Assembly: GCA_051362555.1 (NCBI GenBank)
Contig: CM120647.1
Coordinates: forward strand, 3,782,001 to 3,846,000
Origin: Lingula anatina
Lineage: Eukaryota > Animalia > Brachiopoda
Direction: 5' to 3'
DNA length: 64,000 nucleotides
Shown piece after piece: positions 11,789 to 23,981 of the stretch. A program made the position numbers and the translations under genes. A model generated the notes under the pieces. That model was not told the DNA's origin. It made no database searches and worked only from the letters and a program-made list of their open reading frames with translations. The number at the start of each line of letters is the position of its first letter. Position 1 is the first letter of the stretch.

Positions 11789-13446
11789 CAGACTTGACAT
11801 TTAATATGGAATATTTTCTCCAAATCACATTTAATCAGTTTTTTTCCTATTTTGCTGACTGATAAATGAAAATAAGGATTAAAATCGTGTTTTAAAAACT
11901 TTTGATAATCTGTTCGATGTCATTGTGACATCAGTTCATTAACTGAATTCGATAGTGAAGCAAACAAAAATGCATTGCCTATTTTGAGTCACACGAAAAC
12001 CATGGAAAGCGATATTTAAGATCTCCATATTTTCCGAATTATCGTCTTTAAAAGAGTTACACGCCCTACAAAGGCCCCTCATGTCAGTGTTTAGTCACAG
12101 CAATGGTCGCTGTTACGCCGGACCTCATCTTGCTGCTACCAGAGCTTTCAAACGGCAAGGCATTCCTTAGGATTGGTTTTTAGAGTTTAATCTGGAAAAA
12201 AATTCCAGGCACCGGTTAAAACTTCTCCAATTTGGTTCAGTTTTGTCGCAGGACATGCAGGCCGTTAATTCAGAGATTAATGACCTACCCACATATTGTG
12301 TATGTGATTCAAATATGGCGATTTTGATGACCAGGGTAGCTGCTCATTCACTTGGTTCTGTAAGTTATCTGCTAAAAAAAGTGCTCTGTGTGAATCGGTA
12401 ATCTCATCGTGCAACCTAAAACTGTTCCTAAGGTGGCCCCTATCAAATGATGGCCAAGTGGTTCCCAGAGTAATCCTTTATTTGATCTGGTTCAGATTTT
12501 CATCGATGACTTCCATTAGTCTTTTGGCACCAATGTGGTATCTACTCCAAATAGTTGACGCGGTCAATGACCCTAGTCATTTAAGGTGTGTCACACGCCT
12601 TGTCGTAAACCTCTTTAGGATGTTTGTAAACTCTGTTTTGACCAGTTTAGCGGCTCGGGTGAAATCTGACCTCAATAAAGAAAGCCACGCAGTTTCAGTG
12701 TTCTACCCAGAAACGGACATGGTCCCCAATTCATTAGAGAGACAGACTACGCCGTTTTGCTGTTTACAGTGACTTCCTCAGAGGTCGCCTGATATCCAGA
12801 CCTGCTGAAACCATTTTGGAGTACGCCAAGAGCCTTGAAAAACGCGTTTTGGTGACAATTTGCCCCTCATTCAAAACGGACTGGGTGGTTTTGGTTTAAT
12901 TGTAGCAGCATATCCTGAAGGACAATGAGTCCTGTACTCTGGTGGTAAGATGTCGATACATTGGGCGTGGTCTCTGTGTAGGTGCATCAGTCTGGGCATA
13001 ACTCTATAAAACTGTGCAGACCATTACGTTTTACACAATAATCTGTCTGGCAATGTCTGTCTTTTTCGCGCCATACTGGCACAGCTTACCAATTTCATAA
13101 AACAGTGCTTAGCTCATTTTACGCACTGCAAAACCGACCACTTGCATGCAAAATGTCAAATTCTTCGATACAGTAGTTGCCGACATATAGATACTTTTTT
13201 GACAGAACCATGCTTCATCAAAGCCAAGCTTTGACCAACCCAAAGGAGCACTAGCCAATTAAATCACTGCATATTACACAATGCAACAGTGCAACAGACT
13301 TGGTAGTCAGTTAATTGATAGCGACACACCTGACTTCATACGTCTCCAGTCAGATATCTTATGTGAGATCTGATTTTTTTGAAAAAAGAACGCATTTTTA
13401 CCTAGATATACCTTTAAAACTGAAATATTCCATATTAAATGTCAAG

Positions 13447-13450
<4 letters not shown>
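11789..13450 (-). mobile_element. Degenerate Tc1-like DNA transposon
   Basis: Perfect 28-bp TIRs (cagacttgacatttaatatggaatattt) flanked by TA. Minus-strand relics LPWSSKSPYLNHIHNMW (cf. WPxxSPDLNPIE) and MPCRLKALVAAR*G. Confidence 0.85.

Positions 13451-13520
<70 letters not shown>
13451..13520. repeat. (TA)n microsatellite abutting the Tc1 end
   Basis: Perfect TA run. Confidence 0.95.
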
Positions 13521-13524
<4 letters not shown>

Positions 13525-14551
13525 CTAACAGGCAACACAATTACCAACTAGAGAAATGGTAATGCACCATGTCTTTGGTATATTATATTGTACAAGGTCA
13601 TGATAATCTATGTACCAGTACAGAAATAAATTGAATACTAACGAACAAAGTCGAGAGCACCCCGTATAAAAGGCGTACTCACGACGCACGCTCGTGTCTT
13701 TACAATGAACGTCGACTGTGTAACGTGTACAAAATTTTGAAATTGTTGCTCATTTTAGTGTCTAATAAAATAAGCATAGACAGCAGAAAAAAGGGAGCAG
13801 TAAGAAGAAAGAATGGCAGAACAGGAAGCAAAACTGACGTACGCCGTCAGTACGTCACCACAAACGTGCGTTGCATTCCCTTCGTAAGTGGTGAGTGTGT
13901 GCCACGTATGCAGGAATCCAGACAAATTTTCCACGGCCATATCACTCCTTGCAGTAAGCGTCACTGCTTAAAAGGACACCTCATGTGGCCTTTGCGACTC
14001 ACAAGGTAGACTTTCCTCTACCTCTATGAACCCCACGACCTTCACTGCACCCAAAATTCGTAGGGGACATACATGTACGGTCCTAAAATCCAGCGTCCGG
14101 TTCTGACCGAGGCTTTAATTAATGTGCCATTGCTGTCACACCACAAGGCACATCTAACACATCCAGCTCATCAAACGTTTACCACGCACCGCATTCCGTC
14201 ACTTCCTGATCTCTCGTCCTGTTACCCACAGAGCGAAATCTTCGTAAACAAGCAAGCAACTATCCGTAACGACCGTAAAGATCGATTGGACATATGCTTA
14301 TACACCGAAATGTATCTCTCTTGGCGCTTATCACTGAGAGCAGATTTGATGCACGTTCACACGAGCGAATATATCACCGCCTCTGAACCTTATTATTTGA
14401 CGTCATTTTTGTACAGTACGTGTCGCAGTATGAATTATGCGGATGTGCCATTGTGCTGGGCTGGTATCCGTCAATTAACAGTAGCCTCGTGATGTGAGAC
14501 TATGAAGAAACGCGTTCACGGCGCGTGGTGACATTTTAAGAGACAGATTGC

Positions 14552-14582
<31 letters not shown>

Positions 14583-17299
14583 CGCCATAAAGACCCCGTA
14601 AAATTATACAATTATGGCATAAACAGTTATTAAGTAAGATTATGATGTAAATCTATGATATCGACAGAAGAGAAGCACTACTCAATTGACACACTTCCAG
14701 GAAAGATTGGCTCGGTTAGGGTTAAATATTAAGCTAAAGATAATAGCAATTACCCAAGGTTCTAGATTTCCGTATTGCCAGCTCGATCTTGATTTCATAT
14801 ATAACCCATATCAGCAATACGAAACTCTAGCCACTAGCGGCAGATTGAGGGCGTGTTTGTCAAAATTTTGCCTGAGGCGCTCCCATATTTGGAAGTCACA
14901 AGTCTCGTACGCCACAGCTGTATCCGTCTGAGAACTCCATATTTGGAAGTCTTAAGTCTCGTACGTCATAGGTTTGGCCGCCTGGAGCAGACGAGACAAG
15001 AAGCAAAGTGGCTGACGCGGAGTTGGAAGTTTTAACTAAGAATATCTTGCAGTCGTAGGTCAGTACCACAACACAAGCAACATTTTGCTTTAAAAACTGA
15101 TTTTGGTCTAGCCATTGCGCAGCCCTTATAGTGGTATCGAGCAAACAGTGTAGCTTTTTGATTGACGGAAATCGTACACTGTCGCTGTTTGTCAGAGGTA
15201 GTAAAAGCGACCCCATCACAAGGTATATTTTAATATTTAACAAGCTAGCTTTTACTGCGCACTGACACTCAGGGTATAGCCACCGCTTTTACACTGAGAT
15301 ATCATCTGTATACGCGGTTGTGAGAATATGATACATTTGCCCAATTTTACAGCAATAATGTGAACAAAAACTGTTCGGATGCCTTGACCGTGATCCCGCT
15401 CCATTCTGCCGTGCAAGTCATTTCATTAGAATTGTGAATTTGGGACATATTTCATTCAAAAGTTCACGGGACATGAACGGGGACTAAACACAAGCAAAAT
15501 GGGCCAAGAGTTTCGTTAGAATATTATGTGAAGTGTACGGTGGGGAAAAAAGGTCGCTGTTTCGACTGGAGACCATCGAGGGCCATTCGGAGCACCTCAG
15601 CTATCATCTGGGAAAGATCTCGAATACCAATGTCTGTCCGAAGCTGAATGTTGTTGTGAGCAAAATTGATCGTTGGCACATCGAGTAATGCAATAATAAA
15701 TGATCTATGAAACTGAAATATCCCAACAGTTATATAGTGTTAAAAGATTCAAGTCATTGTGAAGGGTCATTAATTGTCCACATTGTTTTCAACTAGCAAT
15801 AACCACGCCTCGTATAAACCTCATTGGCTACTGCCACTGCCACTGTGCAAAGCTGAAGTAATAGCAAGCTCATTTACATATTTATAGAAACGCGACCTAC
15901 CTTGCAAAATGTTGCTATACATGGGTACACGGTAACAGAAGAAACGTCTATAATTCCCCTAATGTAATCAAACAGTGTAACAAAACCAAATATCAGACAG
16001 CAAACTATTTTCGCTAAAAATTGACATTGAGAGAAATTGACAATATCACTCTACTAAGGCAAAATTTAGAGAAAAGTGAAATAATTAACGTCAAGTATTG
16101 GTTTGCTGCAGTCTCGCTGAGCGTGGAGCCTGCCGTCACTGGGACAACTACATGTGTATGCGGCAGGCCCACATGTATGTTGCTTTCCTACTTAACGTAT
16201 ATTTACCATTATGGTATCTTTAGGTCAGATCATCATGATCGACTGGCCCATTTACTAGCCTAACTTTATGTGTGTGTGGTTTTAAGGGGCTGTAGGAAAC
16301 GGGATAAAATAATCGAAGGCCAGCTTTCTTGAATTCATTCCTCTCTACTGGTAGCAGAAAGGGGAGGGTGAAACCATGGAAAAAATATATTTTCGAAACC
16401 CCCCCCCCCGGAACATAAATACGCCTACCGATATGCACCAGTACCAACTTTGTTAATCCATTACCAAGACAAACAGTGCACCAGAAGCAGAATACATTTT
16501 ATAAAATATAAAATTAAAATATGAGAAAATGCATTGAAAAACATACCTTTTCTAAGATCTATACGTTTGATTAGTGCATCTAATTACATAGATCATCTGT
16601 AGCTGCAGTGAAAGAAAATTCTTTGTGGTAATGAGATTTATAAATTTGTATTTTTTTCTTTGTCCATTGAGTGAGGCAAATGGATATAATATCTTAGAAG
16701 CAGAATGCATTTGCAATATTGTAACCTTCATTAATTAAATATAATAAAATAAAGAATAGAATATGTAACACACCATATACACGCTCACTATCTGCAATTT
16801 TAACAAGCATACGGGACTATCATGTCCCATACACGACACCTGGACAGGAAGGTGAGTCTCTCTTACTCATACGTAATATAATTTATTTGAATTCTCTTAC
16901 TCATGTAAATAAAATACCATAGATCGCTGCCACGTTTGTTTGTTCCAAGAAAAAAAAACGCCTTATTATGCCCTTCGATCACATACAAAAGGTTGTCATA
17001 TTTTTGTTTATTGTATTCCATATTATCATGTTTATAACGGAATTTTCCCTTAATGTCATCTGTCGCGTGCACGTAACACATGAATCGTCAGGAAAAATTG
17101 TACTGGTAGATACAGAATACTAAGTATGTTTTTAATTACGTAATTAACATGTCTAGGGGCTATTTGTATACTCTTTGTGAAAAAATCAAATATCAAAGTT
17201 AATAGTTACCACGGAGATGTACATGTAGGTGATACCTCTGTATCATTGTCCTTCACACACGTGCGATTAAGTTTAAATCGTTTCCAAACAAAACAATAC

Positions 17300-17336
17300 C
17301 TTTATCAGGAATTAGACTGTCTGCATTTCCATCCAT
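17300..17336 (-). CDS. Candidate first coding exon of the CILP-like gene (MDGNADSLIPDK)
   Basis: aacATGG start context and a phase-1 donor aag|gtattg compatible with exon 10022-10396. Acceptor at 17367. Short and not verifiable by homology. Confidence 0.3.
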
Positions 17337-17822
17337 GTTGGGTATTCTTTAGGTCTTGTACAACACCTGAAATCATTAAAAGTATAAGTCAATTTTTAGT
17401 CTATGATGTGATAATACACGTAGAAGACAGTAGAAGTACGTACACTGTATATGGTACATGTAGATATATGAAGAAAAGAAGTATAACTCCGGTCTCATGG
17501 ACCTTTTTGTCACCATACATCATATTTCTCACGGACGAGAGCTAGGTTAAAGTTCATAAAGAAATAGCAATGAATTTAGATATAAAAGATCAACTGTCAT
17601 CCAAATAAAAAATAATGGTCAACCCATTACTTATGGATGCCTTGTTTTCCAACATCATGTGCCAAATTAAGTATTAGGCCAACTTCCAAGCGTTTAAAAT
17701 CATAATCCCATATTTTATTTTGTCGTACAATATTTCATAATTCGAGCCCAGTGACTCGACTTATCACAAATACAACTTCTTCAGTCATCATAAAGCAAAC
17801 AGTGCAATAAAAAGAGTACTTC

Positions 17823-20800
17823 TGTTACGGTTTGGCCCGTCTTAGCTGTTATGCACATCGGTGGAGATAGCGTTTTACTTTTTTTACTAGAGCACGCGCT
17901 TATCATAGTTATGTTCTGATCATTAAAAGTCACTAATTCCCGCAATGAGGTAAGACTTTATGAATCATTTAGTAATTTAAACAGTTAATAAGAACTTTAT
18001 AAGTTGTAATTGTAACATAATTTAAGGATAATTTCTTAATTTGATGTATTTTGTTCATTTCAGTTTCTACGTGACAATTTCAATGACAAGCAAATAAAAT
18101 AGATGTGAAAAAGACTAAAGAAGTTTGCTTATTCGTAACAGTAGAAACTCAGCGACGATTTAGTGAAAGATAATAGAAACTGAGCGACGATTTAGTGAAA
18201 GACGATCAGCATAGTATTTAGAAAAGATGGCAACACAAGCGGAAATGTTACTGCTGCAAGCAGAACTGAAAAGGGTAGAGTCGGATATAGACCAAACCAT
18301 GTGTGAGTTGGAAAAGCATTTTAATTTCACAAAGTCAAATATAAAAAAGACATCTACGCCCAAAAATGCACTAACATCTTGTGCCCCACTCACTTTGTGT
18401 GAGCAAACTACGATAGCAAAGGAACTCAGTAAACCAAGAATTCAGATTCAAGTATTTGAAGGTGACCCGATCAAATATGTGCTGTTTAAGAGACAGTTCA
18501 AAAGTAGAATCATAGAAACATGCGACTCTGACGATGAAAAACTGAACTATCTACTGCAATACACCAGAGGTGAGCCTCATGAAATTACGCTAGGATTCGC
18601 TCACTTAGATGCATCCATTGGTTTCAAGGCCACATGGAAGGAATTTGAGAGAAGGTATGGGGACCAAGAACAGATTGCGACATCGTATATAAACCGTGCC
18701 TTACAGTGGCCAGTGATAAAGCATGATGATTATGTCGCATTAGACAAATACGGCATATTTTTAAGGGAATGTGAATATGCAGTAAAAGAAATAGATGCCA
18801 TTCCAGTCCTCGAGTATCCCGATAACCTTAAGAGGCTAATGACCAAGCTGCCGCTCAAATTGCATGATAAATGGAGAAGCATAGTATATGAAAGGAAGGA
18901 AAGGGGACAGAAGATAACCTTTCAGGTTTTCGTCGATTTTGTGCAGAAAGAAGCACGAAAATTGGCTGACCCCATTTTTGGAAAGGTTCCACCGCCACCA
19001 GAGAGACCTATACCAGCACCAAGGAGAAGAGTTCCAGCACAAACAGTACTGTCTAGTACCTCTGCATCCAGCAACGAAAGACACGTTCACAAGTGTATAT
19101 TATGCAAGGAACAACATAAACTTCACCAATGCCCAGAAATGCAAGAAAAGACAATGGGTGAAAGAATCGGCATTATAAAGAATAATGGGTTATGTTTTGG
19201 GTGCCTTGCATATGGTCACAGAAAACATGAATGCAGAAGTAAAATGAAATGCCAAAAATGTAACTCTTATCATCCAACAATTCTACATGATGACAATTAC
19301 ACTAGTAAAGTAGTGGGAGCAGCTGTATGCAATACCACCCACAGTTCTGAGAATGTGCATTCCATGATAGTGCCAGTTGTAGTACACCACGAGGATAATC
19401 CAGACATTTATTCAGTGGTATATGCAGTGCTAGACGAGCAGTCAGATGCCTGCTTTGTAAAGTCCTCGACCCTCAGTGAACTCGAATGTAAAGGGAAGCA
19501 TGTAGACATCAGACTTTCAACCATACTTGGAGAAAAAACCGTCCCGAGCAGGAAAGTTGGAGGACTTGTTGTGAGAGGTCTTAACCAAGAGACATTGATT
19601 GAGCTCCCAGATACATACTCCAGAGACTCCATTCCAGTTAAGCGATCGCAGATACCCAGACCAGAAACTGCTAAGAAATGGCCACACTTGCACTCAATTG
19701 CTGATAAGATTACTCCTTATCGCCCAGACATAGAGGTAGGACTGCTGTTGGGATTAAACTGCATGAAAGCCATTAGAGGTCTGGAATACGTACATGGTAG
19801 AGGAGAGGAGCCATATGCATACAGATGTAACCTAGGTTGGGGTATAGTAGGGCCAGTGGACAAATCAAGACCCATAGATGAGAACAAGAGCTTTGCAACA
19901 CATGCCTTTGCCTTTAGAACACAAGTGACAGAGATCAGCCCCGCTGAGGTTTGCAGTCTCTTTGACCAAGGTTTCGACCAACGGAAAGATGAAAGGCTAA
20001 GCCTTCAAGACCAGAAGTTCATGAAGATTATGGAGGAGGGCATACATTTCAATGAGGGTTTTTACGAGATGCCACTACCATTTAAAGATGGACATCCAGC
20101 ATTGCCAAACAACAAACCAGCAGCTGAGATCAGGCTAGAGCAGCTAAAGAAAAGGCTAATCCACAACCCGAAGTATTATGAACACTATAACAGTTTTATG
20201 CAGGACCTCATAGATAAATGCTATGCAGAAGAATCACCTCATGAAGATGGAGGTTGGTACTTACCACATCATGGTGTATATCACCCCAAGAAACGTGAGA
20301 AATTACGAGTGGTGTTTGATGCCAGTGCAAAACATGAAAATGTTGCGCTAAACGACTGCCTGTTGAAAGGACCTGATCAGAATAACTCGCTCATAGGTGT
20401 TTTATTGAGGTTTAGAGAGCAGCCAGTAGCAATCATGGGTGACATGGATAACATGTTTCACAGGTTTAAAGTGAAAGAAGAGGATAGAAAGTTTTTACAG
20501 TTCCTATGGTGGAAAGACGGTGACCTCCGTAGTAATCCCATCACATACAGAATGACGTCTCATATATTTGGAGCGATAAGTTCACCAGCATGCGCATTGT
20601 ATGGACTGAGGAAACTAGCAGAGGACTACCAAGATGAGTATTCACCAGACATCATTGCCTTTCTTAAGAATGACTTCTATGTAGACGATGGACTCAAGAG
20701 CATCGAGACAAGTGAAGAAGCTATACGTCTTGTTAGAGAAACAAGAGAGCTGCTGAACAAAGGTAACCTAAGACTTCACAAGCTAGTATCAAACAACCGT

Positions 20801-23800
20801 GAAGTGATGAATACAATCCCAATGTCAGAGAGAGCCAAAGAAATGAGAAACATTGACCTTAACAGAGACACATTGCCAATATGCCCAGCTTTAGGAGTAC
20901 AGTGGTGTGTAGAAGCGGACAGTTTTCAGTTTAAGGTCCAGATCAATGATAAGCCATTAACAAGAAGGGGAATTCTCTCCACTGTAAGTTCCATATTTGA
21001 CCCTTTAGGCCTTGTCTCACCATTCATCCTTGCCGGTAAGAAAATTCTCCAAGAGCTATGCAGAGACGGTGCAGAGTGGGATGATCAAGTGCCAGAGAGT
21101 ATTAGATGCAGATGGGAAAGATGGCGCTCAGATTTGCTGAACTTAACCAAGTTGAATATACCACGGTGCTATAAGCCAAATGATTTTGGTGAAGTGACTA
21201 CTGCAGAACTTCATCACTTCTCAGATGCCAGTGTAGAAGGCCTAGGTCAGTGTAGTTACTTGAGACTTAAAAGCAACACAGGAAGAATAGCAACCACATT
21301 AGTTATGGGCAAGTCCAAGGTAGCTCCCTCTAAACCAGTGACAGTCCCACGTCTAGAGTTGTCAGCAGCAGTGATGTCTATAAAGGTGGGGACCTTTCTT
21401 GCCAAGGAGTTAGAGTATGAGGACATCACCCATGTGTATTGGACTGACAGCAAGGTTGTTCTAGGGTATGTCAATAATGATGCTAAGAGATTTCATGTCT
21501 TTGTAGCTAATAGAATACAACAAATTAGAGAAGTCAGTCAGCCATCGCAATGGAGGCATGTTAAGTCCAGTGACAACCCAGCTGATATAGCCTCCAGGGG
21601 AACAGGTGTGACAGAGCTACTACAGAATAAACAGTGGTGGAATGGGCCAGACTTCCTGCTCATTGATGAACCACCATCTACCACTAATACCCAATTCAGA
21701 CTAGCACCAGATGACCCAGAAGTACGCAAATCTGAAGTCAATGTATTTGCTACTAAAGTAGAAACCAACCACGATCACTTGTCTGATGTATTGAAAAGGT
21801 TTTCTTCCTGGAACAGAGCAACACGAGTTGTTACGTGGTGTTTACGATTCATACAGAAGCTGAAACAAGCTAAGAACAGGAAATCTACACAGCAGAACAC
21901 AGTTGAGACCAGCAATGAACCGTTGAATGTTCAAGAAATACAAGTGGCAGAAAAGATCATTCTCAAGTCAACACAGATTGCTACATTTGAGAAGGAAATT
22001 GCAATACTGAAAGCAATTAACAGAGAAGATAACAGTGAACACACAGAGAGAAAACAGGCAAGATATCGCAACGAACAAATCAAGAAAACCAGTTCACTTT
22101 ACCGCCTAGACCCATTTTTATGTGAAGATGGACTACTCAGAGTAGGTGGTCGTATAAAGAGAGCAAATCTACCCAGAGAGCTTACACACCCAGTGATTCT
22201 GCCTAAGCATCATCACGTTACAAATCTCATAATTGACCACTATCATACACGATGCGGACATTCGGGAAGTGGCATTACTCTTAACGAAGTCCGAGCTAGT
22301 GGTTATTGGATAATTTCTGGCCGTGCCAAGATTGGATCATATATATGGAAATGTGTGACCTGTCGTAAGCTACGAGCAAACTCACAGAGTCAGAAAATGT
22401 CAGATCTTCCAGCTGACAGACTGGAACCAGCACCTCCATTCACCTACAGTGCAGTAGATTTCTTTGGACCATTCTATGTGAAGGAGGGAAGAAAGCAGAT
22501 GAAGAGATATGGTGCTATGTTTACATGTTTAGCATCACGTGCTATTCATATAGAAGTTGCATATTCACTCAGCACAGATTCTTTCATTAACTGCTACAGA
22601 CGCTTTGTATGCAGGCGTGGACCAGTACGTCTACTCAGAGCAGACCGTGGAACCAATTTCATTGGAGTTAAGGGAGAGCAAGAAACTGCCTTTATGGATA
22701 TGGATCAGGACAAGATCAGGAGAGAACTTCTGAAAGACCATTGTGACTGGATTCAGTTTGAAATGAATGTTCCTCATGCTTCACATATGGGAGGCGTGTG
22801 GGAAAGGATGATCAGATCAGCCAGAAATGCTTTATCAGGACTTCTCACAGCTCACAGTGACCGTTTAGATGATGATTCCTTGTCCACATTGTTAACTGAG
22901 GCAGAAGCCATAGTTAACAGTAGACCTTTGACTTACATTGATACACAGTCACCAGATTCTCCAATGCCTTTGTCTCCAAATCAGCTCCTGACCCTGAAAA
23001 CTAAGGTCGTGATGCCACCAACTGGGAATTTCATAAGGAAAGACACATACCTTCATCGAAGATGGCGACATGTTCAATATCTAGCCAATGAATTTTGGAA
23101 CAGGTGGAGAAAGGAATTTCTTCCTACATTACAAGAGAGAAAAAAGTGGATCAAACAATGTAGAGATATACAAGTTGGAGATATTGTTCTCATGATAGAT
23201 GACAGTGCACCAAGAAATCAGTGGCCACTTGGTCGCATAGCAGAAACCTTTCAAAGTGCAGATGGATATGTGCGTAAGGTCAAGTTGAAAGTTAGGGACT
23301 CTACATATGAGAGACCAGTGCACAAGTTGATTCTTTTATTGACCGGAGAAGACCCCGTCGAGGAGTCAAAATAACTGTTAACTGTGACAATAATGTCAGT
23401 TTGTTACGATTCTATGCTACAATTTGTGTAGATTTAATGAACACTTTGTTTTCTAAAGACAGTTACATGTTGGGCTATTTGTGTTTATGAGATTGCAAAG
23501 TATTTTATGTTTTAATACGGTAATTAACAGTAAGTTTTGATGTTCCTTAAAAGTGTTTAAGGTACGGTAATTCTTAATAATTTCCGAGCAAATATTTTTT
23601 ATACGTAATGATAAGGTAAACAGTGTATATTGTGTAAATTGCTTTCACAATTTAGGGGAGCCATGTTACGGTTTGGCCCGTCTTAGCTGTTATGCACATC
23701 GGTGGAGATAGCGTTTTACTTTTTTTACTAGAGCACGCGCTTATCATAGTTATGTTCTGATCATTAAAAGTCACTAATTCCCGCAATGAGGTAAGACTTT

Positions 23801-23981
23801 ATGAATCATTTAGTAATTTAAACAGTTAATAAGAACTTTATAAGTTGTAATTGTAACATAATTTAAGGATAATTTCTTAATTTGATGTATTTTGTTCATT
23901 TCAGTTTCTACGTGACAATTTCAATGACAAGCAAATAAAATAGATGTGAAAAAGACTAAAGAAGTTTGCTTATTCGTAACA
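17823..23981 (+). mobile_element. Full-length BEL/Pao LTR retrotransposon
   Basis: 318-bp LTRs TGT..ACA (17823-18140, 23664-23981), identical by eye. 5-bp TSD ACTTC. Purine tract aggggag before the 3' LTR. Single intact ORF. Confidence 0.97.
18227..23374 (+). CDS. BEL/Pao gag-pol polyprotein (1715 aa)
   Basis: Three Cys-His knuckles, protease LDEQSD, RT YLPHH/FYVDD, RNase H FSDAS/WTDS, integrase H..H..CVTC plus DFFGP..DRGTNF..WERM. Order is PR-RT-RH-IN. Confidence 0.96.
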   Translation: MATQAEMLLLQAELKRVESDIDQTMCELEKHFNFTKSNIKKTSTPKNALTSCAPLTLCEQTTIAKELSKPRIQIQVFEGDPIKYVLFKRQFKSRIIETCDSDDEKLNYLLQYTRGEPHEITLGFAHLDASIGFKATWKEFERRYGDQEQIATSYINRALQWPVIKHDDYVALDKYGIFLRECEYAVKEIDAIPVLEYPDNLKRLMTKLPLKLHDKWRSIVYERKERGQKITFQVFVDFVQKEARKLADPIFGKVPPPPERPIPAPRRRVPAQTVLSSTSASSNERHVHKCILCKEQHKLHQCPEMQEKTMGERIGIIKNNGLCFGCLAYGHRKHECRSKMKCQKCNSYHPTILHDDNYTSKVVGAAVCNTTHSSENVHSMIVPVVVHHEDNPDIYSVVYAVLDEQSDACFVKSSTLSELECKGKHVDIRLSTILGEKTVPSRKVGGLVVRGLNQETLIELPDTYSRDSIPVKRSQIPRPETAKKWPHLHSIADKITPYRPDIEVGLLLGLNCMKAIRGLEYVHGRGEEPYAYRCNLGWGIVGPVDKSRPIDENKSFATHAFAFRTQVTEISPAEVCSLFDQGFDQRKDERLSLQDQKFMKIMEEGIHFNEGFYEMPLPFKDGHPALPNNKPAAEIRLEQLKKRLIHNPKYYEHYNSFMQDLIDKCYAEESPHEDGGWYLPHHGVYHPKKREKLRVVFDASAKHENVALNDCLLKGPDQNNSLIGVLLRFREQPVAIMGDMDNMFHRFKVKEEDRKFLQFLWWKDGDLRSNPITYRMTSHIFGAISSPACALYGLRKLAEDYQDEYSPDIIAFLKNDFYVDDGLKSIETSEEAIRLVRETRELLNKGNLRLHKLVSNNREVMNTIPMSERAKEMRNIDLNRDTLPICPALGVQWCVEADSFQFKVQINDKPLTRRGILSTVSSIFDPLGLVSPFILAGKKILQELCRDGAEWDDQVPESIRCRWERWRSDLLNLTKLNIPRCYKPNDFGEVTTAELHHFSDASVEGLGQCSYLRLKSNTGRIATTLVMGKSKVAPSKPVTVPRLELSAAVMSIKVGTFLAKELEYEDITHVYWTDSKVVLGYVNNDAKRFHVFVANRIQQIREVSQPSQWRHVKSSDNPADIASRGTGVTELLQNKQWWNGPDFLLIDEPPSTTNTQFRLAPDDPEVRKSEVNVFATKVETNHDHLSDVLKRFSSWNRATRVVTWCLRFIQKLKQAKNRKSTQQNTVETSNEPLNVQEIQVAEKIILKSTQIATFEKEIAILKAINREDNSEHTERKQARYRNEQIKKTSSLYRLDPFLCEDGLLRVGGRIKRANLPRELTHPVILPKHHHVTNLIIDHYHTRCGHSGSGITLNEVRASGYWIISGRAKIGSYIWKCVTCRKLRANSQSQKMSDLPADRLEPAPPFTYSAVDFFGPFYVKEGRKQMKRYGAMFTCLASRAIHIEVAYSLSTDSFINCYRRFVCRRGPVRLLRADRGTNFIGVKGEQETAFMDMDQDKIRRELLKDHCDWIQFEMNVPHASHMGGVWERMIRSARNALSGLLTAHSDRLDDDSLSTLLTEAEAIVNSRPLTYIDTQSPDSPMPLSPNQLLTLKTKVVMPPTGNFIRKDTYLHRRWRHVQYLANEFWNRWRKEFLPTLQERKKWIKQCRDIQVGDIVLMIDDSAPRNQWPLGRIAETFQSADGYVRKVKLKVRDSTYERPVHKLILLLTGEDPVEESK

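Noticed and set aside
14880-14975. Two copies of a ~55-bp unit (ccatatttggaagtc..aagtctcgtacg)
   Set aside because: Simple local tandem duplication with no further structure.
15901-15947. Possible extra minus-strand exon with a YSNI motif
   Set aside because: The donor is good, but the acceptor is weak and its phase is incompatible with the neighbouring exons.
18836-23323. Short antisense and alternate-frame ORFs within the BEL/Pao element
   Set aside because: Shadows of the gag-pol frame.
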